DNA of 64,000 nt from Eledone cirrhosa (lineage: Eukaryota), in contig OZ024742.1 in the NCBI GenBank assembly GCA_964016885.1, forward strand, positions 164,362,001 to 164,426,000. The letters run 5' to 3'. The notes under the pieces are model-generated. The model did no database searches and had not been told where the DNA came from. It saw only the letters and a list, made by a program, of their open reading frames with translations. This document shows, one piece after another, positions 53,101 through 64,000 of this stretch; position 1 is the first letter of the stretch, and every line of letters starts with the position of its first letter. Made by a program: the position numbers and the translations under genes.

Positions 53101-56100
53101 ACAAATTATCTACGCCTAATTTTTTTTACAAATTATCTCCCCCTGATTTTTTTTTACAAATTATCTCCCCCTGATTTTTTTTTACAAATTATCTCCCCCT
53201 GATTTTTTTTTACAAATTATCTCCCCCTGATTTTTTTACAAATTATCTCCCCCCTGATTTTTATTGCAATCTCCGCCTGATTTTTTAAAAAATTATCTTC
53301 CCTTGGCTGGCGGGAAATTATCTTCCCTTGGACGGCTGGAAATTATATCCCCTTGGAAGGATGGAAATTATCTCCCCTTGGACGGCTGGAAATTATCTCC
53401 CCTTGGACGGCTGGAAATTATCTCCCCTTGGACAGCTGGAAATTATCTGCCCTTGATTTTGTTTTTACAAATTATCTCCCCCTGATTTGTTTTACAAATT
53501 ATCTCCACCTGATTTTTTAAAAAATTATCTCCCCTTGGACGGCTGGAAATTATCTCCCCTTGGCTGGAAATTATCTCCCCTTGGACGGCTAGAAATTATC
53601 TCTCTTTGGACGGCTGGAAATTATCTGCCTTTGATTTTTTTTACAAATTATCTCCCCCTGATTTTTTTTTACAAATTATCTCACCCTGATTTTTTTTACA
53701 AATTATCTCCCTCTGATTTTTTTACAAATTATCTCCCCTTGGCTGGCTGGAAATTATCTCCCCTTGGAGGCTGGAATTTATCTCCCCTTGGACGGCTAGA
53801 AATTACCTCTCCTTGGACGGCTGGAAAATATGTCTCCTTGGACGGCTGGATATTATCTACCCTTGGACGGCTGGAAATTATCTCCCCTTGGACGGCTGGA
53901 AATTATCTCCCCTTGGACGGCTAGATATTACCTCCCCTTGGACGGCTGGAAATTATCTCCCCTTGATTTTTTTACAAATTATCTCCCCCTGATTTTTTTA
54001 CAAATTATCTCCCCCTGATTTTTTTTACAAATTATCTCCGCCTAATTTTTTTAAATATTATCTTCCCTTGGCTGGCGGGAAATTATCTCCCCTTGGACGG
54101 CTGAAAATTATCTCCCATTGGACGGCTGGAAATTATCTCCCCTTGATTTTTTTTACAAATTATCTCCCCCTGATTTTTTTTTACAAATTATCTCCCCCTG
54201 ATTTTTTTTACAAATTATCTCCCCCTGATTTTTTTACAAATTATCTCCCCTTGGCTGGCTGGAAATTATCTCCCCTTGGAGGCTGGAATTTATCTCCCCT
54301 TGGACGGCTAGAAATTACCTCTCCTTGGACGGCTGGAAAATATGTCCTTGGACGGCTGGATATTATCTACCCTTGGACGGCTGGAAATTATCTCCCCTTG
54401 GACGGCTGGAAATTATCTCCCCTTGGACGGCTAGATATTACCTCCCCTTGGACGGCTGGAAATTATCTCCCCTTGATTTTTTTTACAAATTATCTCCCCC
54501 TGATTTTTTTTTACAAATTATCTCCCCCTGATTTTTTTTTACAAATTATCTACCCCTGATTTTTTTTTACAAATTATCTCCCCCTGATTTTTTTTACAAA
54601 TTATCTCCCCCTGATTTTTTTTTACAAATTATCTCCCCCTGATTTTTTTTTACAAATTATCTACCCCTGATTTTTTTTACAAATTATCTCCCCCTGATTT
54701 TTTTTACAAATTATCTCCCCCTGATTTTGTTTACAAATTATCTCCCCCTGATTTTTTTACAAATTATCTCCCCCTGATTTTTTTTACAAATTATCTCCGC
54801 CTAATTTTTTTAAATATTATCTTCCCTTGGCTGGCGGGAAATTATCTCCCCTTGGACGGCTGAAAATTATCTCTCCTTGGACGGCTGGAAATTATCTCCC
54901 CTTGATTTTTTTTACAAATTATCTCCCCCTGATTATTTTTTACAAATTATCTCCCCCTGATTTTTTTTTACAAATTATCTCCCCCTGATTTTTTTTACAA
55001 ATTATCTCCCCCTGATTTTTTTACAAATTATCTCCCCTTGGCTGGCTGGAAATTATCTCCCCTTGGAGGCTGGAATTTATCTCCCCTTGGACGGTTAGAA
55101 ATTACCTCTCCTTGGACGGCTGGAAAATATGTCTCCTTGGACGGCTGGAAATTATCGCCCCTTGGACGGCTGGAAATTATCTCCCCTTGGACGGCTGGAA
55201 ATTATCTCTCCTCGGACGGCTAGAAATTACCTCTCCTTGGACAGCTGAAAATTATCTCCCCTTGGACGGCTGGAAATTATCTCCCCTTGATTTTTTTTAC
55301 AAATTATCTCCCCCTGATTTTTTTTTACAAATTATCTCCCCCTGATTTTTTTTTACAAATTATCTCCCCCTGATTTTTTTTTACAAATTATCTCCCCCTG
55401 ATATTTTTTTACAAATTATCTCCCCCTGATTTTTTTTTACAAATTATCTCCCCATGATTTTTTTTACAAATTATCTCCCCCTGATATTTTTTACAAATTA
55501 TCTCCCCCTGATTTTTTTTTACAAATTATCTCCCCCTGATTTTTTTTTACAAATTATCTCCCCCTGATTTTTTTTTACAAATTATCTCCCCCTGATATTT
55601 TTTACAAATTATCTCCCCCTGATTTTTTTACAAATTATCTCCCCTTGGCTGGCTGGAAATTATCTCCCCTTGGAGGCTGGAATTTATCTCCCCTTAGACG
55701 GCTAGAAATTACCTCGCCTTGGACGGCTGGAAAATATGTCTCCTTGGACGGCTGGAAATTATCTCCCCTTGGACGGCTGGAAATTATCTCCCCTTGGACG
55801 GCTGGAAATTATCTCCCCTTGGACGGCTAGATATTACCTCCCCTTGGACGGCTGGAAATTATCTCCCCTTGATTTTTTTTACAAATTATCTCCCCCTGAT
55901 TTTTTTTTACAAATTATCTCCCCCTGATTTTTTTTTACGAATTATCTCCCCCCGATTTTTTTTTACAAATTATCTCCGCCTGATTTTTTTAAAAAAATTA
56001 TCTCCCCTTGAACGGCTGGAAATTATCTCCCCTTGGACGGCTGGAAATTATCTCCCCTTGGACGGCTAGAAATTACCTCTCCTTGGACGGCTGAAAATTA

Positions 56101-58043
56101 TCTCCCCTTGGACGGCTGCAAATTATCTCCCCTTGATTTTTTAACAAATTATCTCCCCCTGATTTTTTTTTACAAATTATCTCCCCCTGATTTTTTTTTA
56201 CAAATTATCTCCCCCTGATTTTTTTACAAATTATCTCCCCCTGATTTTTTTAAAAATTATCTTCCCTTGGCTGGCGGGAAATTATCTCCCCTTGGACGGC
56301 TGGAAATTATATCCCCTTGGAAGGATGGAAATTATCTCCCCTTGGACGGCTGGAAATTATCTCCCCTTGGACGGCTGGAAATTATCTCCCCTTGGACAGC
56401 TGGAAATTATCTGCCCTTGATTTTGTTTTTACAAATTATCTCCCCCTGATTTTTTTTACAAATTATCTCCACCTGATTTTTTAAAAAATTATCTCCCCTT
56501 GGACGGCTGGAAATTATCTCCCCTTGATTTTTTTACAATTTATCTCCCCCTGATTTTTTTTACAAATTATCTCCCCCTGATTTTTTGTTACAAATTATCT
56601 CCCCCTGATTTTTTTAAAAATTATCTCCCCCTGATTTTTTTTACAAATTATCTCCGCCTGATTTTTTTAAATATTATCTTCCCTTGGCTGGCGGGAAATT
56701 ATCTCCCCTTGGACGGCTGAAAATTATCTCCCCTTGGACGGCTGGAAATTATCTCCCCTTGATTTTTTTACAAATTATCTCCCCCTGATTTTTTTTTACA
56801 AATTATCTACCCCTGATTTTTTTTACAAATTATCTCCCCCTGATTTTTTTTTACAAATTATCTCCCCCTGATTTTTTTTTACAAATTATCTCCCCCTGAT
56901 TTTTTTACAAATTATCTCCCCTTGGCTAGCTGGAAATTATCTCCCCTTGGAGGCTGGAATTTATCTCCCCTTGGACGGCTAGAAATTACCTCTCCTTGGA
57001 CGGCTGGAAAATATGTCTCCTTGGACGGCTGGATATTATCTACCCTTGGACGGCTGGAAATTATCTCCCCTTGGACGGCTGGAAATTATCTCCCCTTGGA
57101 CGGCTAGATATTACCTCCCCTTGGACGGCTGGAAATTATCTCCCCTTGATTTTTTTTACAAATTATCTCCCCCTGATTTTTTTTTACGAATTATCTCCCC
57201 CTGATTTTTTTTTACAAATTATCTCCGCCTGATTTTTTTTTTAAATTATCTCCCCTTGAACGGCTGGAAATTATCTCCCCTTGGACGGCTGGAAATTATC
57301 TCCCCTTGGACGGCTAGAAATTACCTCTCCTTGGACGGCTGAAAATTATCTCCCCTTGGACGGCTGCAAATTATCTCCCCTTGATTTTTTAAACAAATTA
57401 TCTCCCCCTGATTTTTTTTTACAAATTATCTCCCCCTGATTTTTTTTTACAAATTATCTACGCCTAATTTTTTTTACAAATTATCTCCCCCTGATTTTTT
57501 TTTACAAATTATCTCCCCCTGATTTTTTTTACAAATTATCTCCCCCTGATTTTTTTTTACAAATTATCTCCCCCTGATTTTTTTACAAATTATCTCCCCC
57601 CTGAATTTTTTTACAATCTCCGCCTGATTTTTTTAAAAATTATCTTCCCTTGGCTGGCAGGAAATTATCTCCCCTTGGTCGGCTGGAAATTATATCCCCT
57701 TGGAAGGATGGAAATTATCTCCCCTTGGACGGCTGGAAATTATCTCCCCTTGGACGGCTGGAAATTACCTCCCCTTGGACAGCTGGAAATTATCTGCCCT
57801 TGATTTTGTTTTTACAAATTATCTCCCCCTGATTTTTTTTACAAATTATCTCCACCTGATTTTTTAAAAAATTATCTCCCCTTGATTTTTTTACAAATTA
57901 TCTCCCCCTGATTTTTTTTACAAATTATCTCCCCCTGATTTTTTTTTTACAAATTATCTCCCCCTGATTTTTTTACAAATTATCTCCCCCTGATTTTTTT
58001 TACAAATTATCTCCGCCTGATTTTTTTTACAAATTATCTCCCC
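44105..58043 (+). repeat. HOR unit of 13,939 bp (copy 4)
   Basis: The offset to copy 3 is 13,875 (31206/45081), then 13,902 (32649/46551), then 13,939 (35855/49794 through 44105/58044). Confidence 0.9.
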
Positions 58044-61000
58044 TTGGCTGGCTGGAAATTATCTCCCCTTGGAGGCTGGAATTTATCTCCCCTTGGACGG
58101 CTAGAAATTACCTCTCCTTGGACGGCTGGAAAATATGTCCTTGGACGGCTGGATATTATCTACCCTTGGACGGCTGGAAATTATCTCCCCTTGGACGGCT
58201 GGAAATTATCTCCCCTTGGAGGCTGGAATTTATCTCCCCTTGGACGGCTAGAAATTACCTCTCCTTGGACGGCTGGAAAATATGTCCTTGGACGGCTGGA
58301 TATTACCTCCCCTTGGACGGCTGGAAATTATCTCCCCTTGATTTTTTTTACAAATTATCTCCCCCTGATTTTTTTTACAAATCTAATGATTTAAAAAAAA
58401 AAATTATCTCCCCTTCGCTGGCTGGAAATTATCTCCCCTTCGCTGGCTGGAAATTATCTCCCCTTCGCTGGCTGGAAATTATCTCCCCTTGGACGCTGGA
58501 AATTATAGCCCCTTGGAGGGCTGGAAATTATCTTCCCTTGGACGGCTGGAAATTATCTCCCCTTGGCTCGAAATTATCTCCCCTTGGACGGCTAGAAATT
58601 ATCTCTCTTTGGACGGCTGGAAATTATCTCCCTTTGATTTTTTTTACAAATTATCTCCCCCTGATTTTTTTTACAAATCTCCCCCTGATTTTTTAAAAAA
58701 AATTATCTCCCCTTCGCTGGCTGGAAATTATCTCCCCTTGGACACTGGAAATTATAGCCCCTTGGAGGGCTGGAAATTATCTTCCCTTGGACGGCTGGAA
58801 ATTATCTCTGCTTGATTTTTTTTACAAATTATCTCCCCCTGATTTTTTTTTACAAATTATCCCCCCCGATTTTTTTTACAAATTATCTCCCCCTGATTTT
58901 TTTTACAAATTATCTCCCCTTGGACGGCTGGAAATTATCTCCCCTTGGACGGCTGGAAATTATCTCCCCTTGGACGGCTAGAAATTACCTCTCCTTGGAC
59001 GACTGAAAATTATCTCCCCTTGGACGGCTGCAAATTATCTCCCCTTGATTTTTTTTACAAATTATCTCCGCCTGATTTTTTTTAAAAAATTATCTCCCCT
59101 TGGACGGCTGGAAATTACCTCCCCTTGGACGGCTGGAAATTATCTCCCCTTGGACGGCTAGAAATTACCTCTCATTGGACGGCTGAAAATTATCTCCCCT
59201 TGGACGGCTGGAAATTATCTCCCCTTGATTTTTTTTACAAATTATCTCCCCCTGATTTTTTTTTACAAATTATCTCCCCCTGATTTTTTTTTTACAAATT
59301 ATCTCCGCCTGATTTTTTTTTAAAATTATCTCTCCTTGGACGGCTGGATATTATCTCCCCTTTCATTTTTTTTACAAATTATCTCCCCCTGATTTTTTTT
59401 TACAAATTATCTCCCCCTGATTTTTTTTTACAAATTATCTACCCCTAATTTTTTTTTACAAACTATCTCCCCCTGATTTTTTTTACAAATTATCTCCCCC
59501 TGATTTTTTTTTTACAAATTATCTCCCCCTGATTTTTTTACAAATTATCTCCCCCTGATTTTTTTTACAAATTATCTCCGCCTGATTTTTTTAAATATTA
59601 TCTTCTCTTGGCTGGCGGGAAATTATCTCCCCTTGGACGGCTGAAAATTATCTCCCCTTGGACGGCTGGAAATTATCTCCCCTTGATTTTTTTTACAAAT
59701 TATCTCCCCCTGATTTTTTTTTACAAATTATCTCCCCCTGATTTTTTTTACAAATTATCTCCCCCTGATTTTTTTTTACAAATTATCTCCCCCTGATTTT
59801 TTTTACAAATTATCTCCCCCTGATTTTTTTACAAATTATCTCCCCTTGGCTGGCTGGAAATTATCTCCCCTTGGAGGCTGGAATTTATCTCCCCTTGGAC
59901 GGCTAGAAATTACCTCTCCTTGGACGGCTGGAAAATATGTCCTTGGACGGCTGGATATTATCTACCCTTGGACGGCTGGAAATTATCTCCCCTTGGACGG
60001 CTGGAAATTATCTCCCCTTGGACGGCTAGATATTACCTCCCCTTGGACGGCTGGAAATTATCTCCCCTTGATTTTTTTTACAAATTATCCCCCCCTGATT
60101 TTTTTTTACAAATTATCTCCCCCTGATTTTTTTTTACAAATTATCTACCCCTGATTTTTTTTTACAAATTATCTCCCCCTAATTTTTTTTACAAATTATC
60201 TCTCCCTGATTTTTTTTTACAAATTATCTCCCCCTGATTTTTTTTTACAAATTATCTACCCCTGATTTTTTTTTACAAATTATCTCCCCCTGATTTTTTT
60301 TACAAATTATCTCCCCCTGATTTTTTTTACAAATTATCTCCCCCTGATTTTTTTACAAATTATCTCCCCCCGATTTTTTTTACAAATTATCTCCGCCTAA
60401 TTTTTTTAAATATTATCTTCCCTTGGCTGGCGGGAAATTATCTCCCCTTGGACGGCTGAAAATTATCTCCCCTTGGACGGCTGGAAATTATCTCCCCTTG
60501 ATTTTTTTACAAATTATCTCCCCCTGATTATTTTTTACAAATTATCTCCCCCTGATTTTTTTTTACAAATTATCTCCCACTGATTTTTTTTACAAATTAT
60601 CTCCCCTTGGCTGGCTGGAAATTATCTCCCCTTGGAGGCTGGAATTTATCTCCACTTGGACGGTTAGAAATTACCTCTCCTTGGACTGCTGGAAAATATG
60701 TCTCCTTGGACGGCTGGAAATTATCTCCCCTTGGACGGCTGGAAATTATCTCCCCTTGGACGGCTGGAAATTATCTCTCCTCGGACGACTAGAAATTACC
60801 TCTCCTTGGACAGCTGAAAATTATCTCCCCTTGGACGGCTGGAAATTATCTCCCCTTGATTTTTTTTACAAATTATCTCCCCCCGATTTTTTTTTACAAA
60901 TTATCTCCCCCTGATTTTTTTTTACAAATTATCTCCCCCTGATTTTTTTTACAAATTATCTCCCCCTGATATTTTTTACAAATTATCTCCCCTTGGCTGG

Positions 61001-63300
61001 CTGGAAATTATCTCCCCTTGGAGGCTGGAATTTATCTCCCCTTGGACGGCTAGAAATTACCTCGCCTTGGACGGCTGGAAAATATGTCTCCTTGGACGGC
61101 TGGAAATTATCTCCCCTTGGACGGCTGGAAATTATCTCCCCTTGGACGGCTGGAAATTATCTCCCCTTGGACGGCTAGATATTACCTCCCCTTGGACGGC
61201 TGGAAATTATCTCCCCTTGATTTTTTTTACAAATTATCTCCCCCTGATTTTTTTTTAAAATTATCTCCCCTTGAACGGCTGGAAATTATCTCCCCTTGGA
61301 CGGCTGGAAATTATCTCCCCTTGGACGGCTAGAAATTACCTCTCCTTGGACGGCTGAAAATTATCTCCCCTTGGACGGCTGCAAATTATCTCCCCTTGAT
61401 TTTTTAACAAATTATCTCCCCCTGATTTTTTTTTACAAATTATCTCCCCCTGATTTTTTTTTACAAATTATCTACGCCTAATTTTTTTTACAAATTATCT
61501 CCCCCTGATTTTTTTTTACAAATTATCTCCCCCTGATTTTTTTTTACAAATTATTTCCCCCTGATTTTTTTACAAATTATCTCCCCCCTGATTTTTTTTA
61601 CAATCTCCGCCTGATTTTTTTAAAAATTATCTTGCCTTGGCTGGCGGGAAATTATCTCCCCTTGGACGGCTGGAAATTATATCCCCTTGGACGGCTGGAA
61701 ATTACCTCCCCTTGGACAGCTGGAAATTATCTGCCCTTGATTTTGTTTTTACAAATTATCTCCCCCTGATTTTTTTTACAAATTATCTCCACCTGATTTT
61801 TTAAAAAATTATCTCCCCTTGGACGGCTGGAAATTATCTCCCCTTGGACGGCTGATAATTATCTCCCCTTGGACGGCTGGAAATTATCTCCCCTTGATTT
61901 TTTTTACAAATTATCTCCCCCTGATTTTTTTTTACAAATTATCTCCCCCTGATTTTTTTTACAAATTATCTCCGCCTGATTTTTTTAAATATTATCTTCC
62001 CTTGGCTGGCTGGAAATTATCTCCCCTTGGAGGCTGGAATTTATCTCCCCTTGGACGGCTAGAAATTACCTCTCCTTGGACGGCTGGAAAATATTTCTCC
62101 TTGGACGGCTGGATATTATCTACCCTTGGACGGGTGAAAATTATCTCCCCTTGGACGGCTGGAAATTATCTCCCCTTGGACGGCTAGATATTACCTCCCC
62201 TTGGACGACTGGAAATTATCTCCCCTTGATTTTTTTTACAAATTATCTCCCCCTGATTTTTTTTTTACAAATTATCTCCCCCTGATTTTTTTACAAATTA
62301 TCTCCCCCTGATTTTTTTTACAAATTATCTCCGCCTGATTTTTTTAAATATTATCTTCTCTTGGCTGGCGGGAAATTATCTCCCCTTGGACGGCTGGAAA
62401 TTATCTCCCCTTGATTTTTTTTACAAATTATCTCCCCCTGATTTTTTTTAAAAAATTATCTCCCCCTGATTTTTTTTTACAAATTATCTCCCCCTGATTT
62501 TTTTTTACAAATTATCTCCCCCTGATTTTTTTTACAAATTATCTCCCCCTGATTTTTTTACAAATTATCTCCCCTTGGCTGGCTGGAAATTATCTCCCCT
62601 TGGACACTGTAAATTATAGCCCCTTGGAGGGCTGGAAATTATCTTACCTTGGACGGCTGGAAATTATCTCTGCTTGATTTTTTTTACAAATTATCTCCCC
62701 CTGATTTTTTTTTACAAATTATCCCCCCCGATTTTTTTTACAAATTATCTCCCCCTGATTTTTTTTACAAATTATCTCCCCTTGGACGGCTGGAAATTAT
62801 CTCCCCTTGGACGGCTGGAAATTATCTCTCCTTGGACGGCTAGAAATTACCTCTCCTTGGACGACTGAAAATTATCTCCCCTTGGACGGCTGCAAATTAT
62901 CTCCCCTTGATTTCTTTTACAAATTATCTCCGCCTGATTTTTTTTTTTAAATTATCTCCCCTTGGACGGCTGGAAATTACCTCCCCTTGGACGGCTGGAA
63001 ATTATCTCCCCTTGGACGGCTAGAAATTACCTCTCATTGGACGGCTGAAAATTATCTCCCCTTGGACGGCTGGAAATTATCTCCCCTTGATTTTTTTTAC
63101 AAATTATCTCCCCCTGATTTTTTTTTTACAAATTATCTCCGCCTGATTTTTTTTTAAAATTATCTCTCCTTGGACGGCTGGATATTATCTCCCCTTTCAT
63201 TTTTTTTACAAATTATCTCCCCCTGATTTTTTTTTACAAATTATCTCCCCCTGATTTTTTTTTACAAATTATCTACCCCTAATTTTTTTTTACAAATTAT
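58044..63300 (+). repeat. Start of a further HOR copy, paralogous to 27230-32400
   Basis: Offsets 30,814 (27230/58044), 30,839 (28769/59608; 29768/60607), 30,921 (30072/60993) and 30,895 (31754/62649). Confidence 0.88.
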
Positions 63301-64000
63301 CTCCCCCTGATTTTTTTTACAAATTATCTCCCCCTGATTTTTTTTTTACAAATTATCTCCCCCTGATTTTTTTACAAATTATCTCCCCCTGATTTTTTTT
63401 ACAAATTATCTCCGCCTGATTTTTTTAAATATTATCTTCTCTTGGCTGGCGGGAAATTATCTCCCCTTGGACGGCTGAAAATTATCTCCCCTTGGACGGC
63501 TGGAAATTATCTCCCCTTGATTTTTTTTACAAATTATCTCCCCCTGATTTTTTTTTACAAATTATCTCCCCCTGATTTTTTTTTACAAATTATCTCCCCC
63601 TGATTTTTTTTTACAAATTATCTCCCCCTGATTTTTTTACAAATTATCTCCCCTTGGCTGGCTGGAAATTATCTCCCCTTGGAGGCTGGAATTTATCTCC
63701 CCTTGGACGGCTAGAAATTACCTCTCCTTGGACGGCTGGAAAATATGTCCTTGGACGGCTGGATATTATCTACCCTTGGACGGCTGGAAATTATCTCCCC
63801 TTGGACGGCTAGATATTACCTCCCCTTGGACGGCTGGAAATTATCTCCCCTTGATTTTTTTTACAAATTATCTCCCCCTGATTTTTTTTTACAAATTATC
63901 TCCCCCTGATTTTTTTTTACAAATTATCTCCGCCTGATTTTTTTTTACAAATTATCTCCCCCTAATTTTTTTTACAAATTATCTCTCCCTGATCTTTTTT

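Larger units (their letters stand above)
1..64000 (+). repeat. Composite satellite DNA array of two related short monomers (A, 25 bp; B, 26-29 bp), single orientation, running off both window ends
   Basis: The core AAATTATCTCCCC(T/C)TG recurs about every 25-29 bp from the first line to the last. It is followed by either GACGGCTGG (A) or A-T(7-10)-AC (B). I saw no unique sequence and no inversion. Confidence 0.98.

Noticed and set aside
27230-63300. A 30.8-kb super-HOR
   Set aside because: The offset is simply 16,875 + 13,939 and holds for only ~5 kb before the sequences diverge at ~63.3 kb.
156-63937. Hundreds of + strand ORFs (60-248 aa; LSPLGRLEIISPWTAGNYLPLDGWK, YKLSPPDFF, TNYLPLIFF)
   Set aside because: Consensus A has no + strand stop, so three 25-mers give a 25-aa cycle in all frames. 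The ORFs overlap, mostly start at TTG, and are broken by non-triplet T-tract variation and TAG/TGA variants. The minus strand is closed by TAA in the core. These are repeat artefacts.
1-64000. CRISPR-like repeat-spacer array
   Set aside because: The spacers are only ~9-13 bp and of two recurring types rather than unique. There is no leader and no cas genes.
1-64000. Telomerase-made long telomeric repeat (budding-yeast-type 25-mers)
   Set aside because: No resemblance to telomeric repeats I know. Two monomer types, multi-kb HORs and >64 kb length indicate recombinational amplification rather than template addition.
1-64000. G-quadruplex/i-motif from G4-5 runs on the minus strand
   Set aside because: The runs are separated by ~21-24-nt loops, far longer than canonical, so this is not supportable from sequence alone.
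1-64000. Plasmid iterons or viral origin repeats
   Set aside because: There is no rep gene or any unique sequence, and the array is far too long.

Overview
The whole 64 kb window is one uninterrupted, head-to-tail, non-coding satellite array, most likely eukaryotic heterochromatin. The organism and family are not recognised. It is built from two related monomers that share the core AAATTATCTCCCC(T/C)TG. Monomer A is 25 bp (AAATTATCTCCCCTTGGACGGCTGG) and monomer B is 26-29 bp (AAATTATCTCCCCCTGA-T7-10-AC). Runs of A and runs of B alternate. The A-runs come in a few stereotyped, internally ordered cassette types. These cassettes form ~0.6-1.36 kb intermediate units, which are in turn nested in near-identical higher-order repeats (HORs) of ~13.0, ~16.9 and ~13.9 kb. 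There is also a 2,026-bp local duplication and a ~3.85-kb sub-period near the end. All listed ORFs are translation artefacts of the repeat. I found no genes, RNA genes, transposons or CRISPR arrays. Periods were obtained by subtracting coordinates of diagnostic variants and matching ORF-track entries. Breakpoints were placed by eye and are uncertain by tens of bp.
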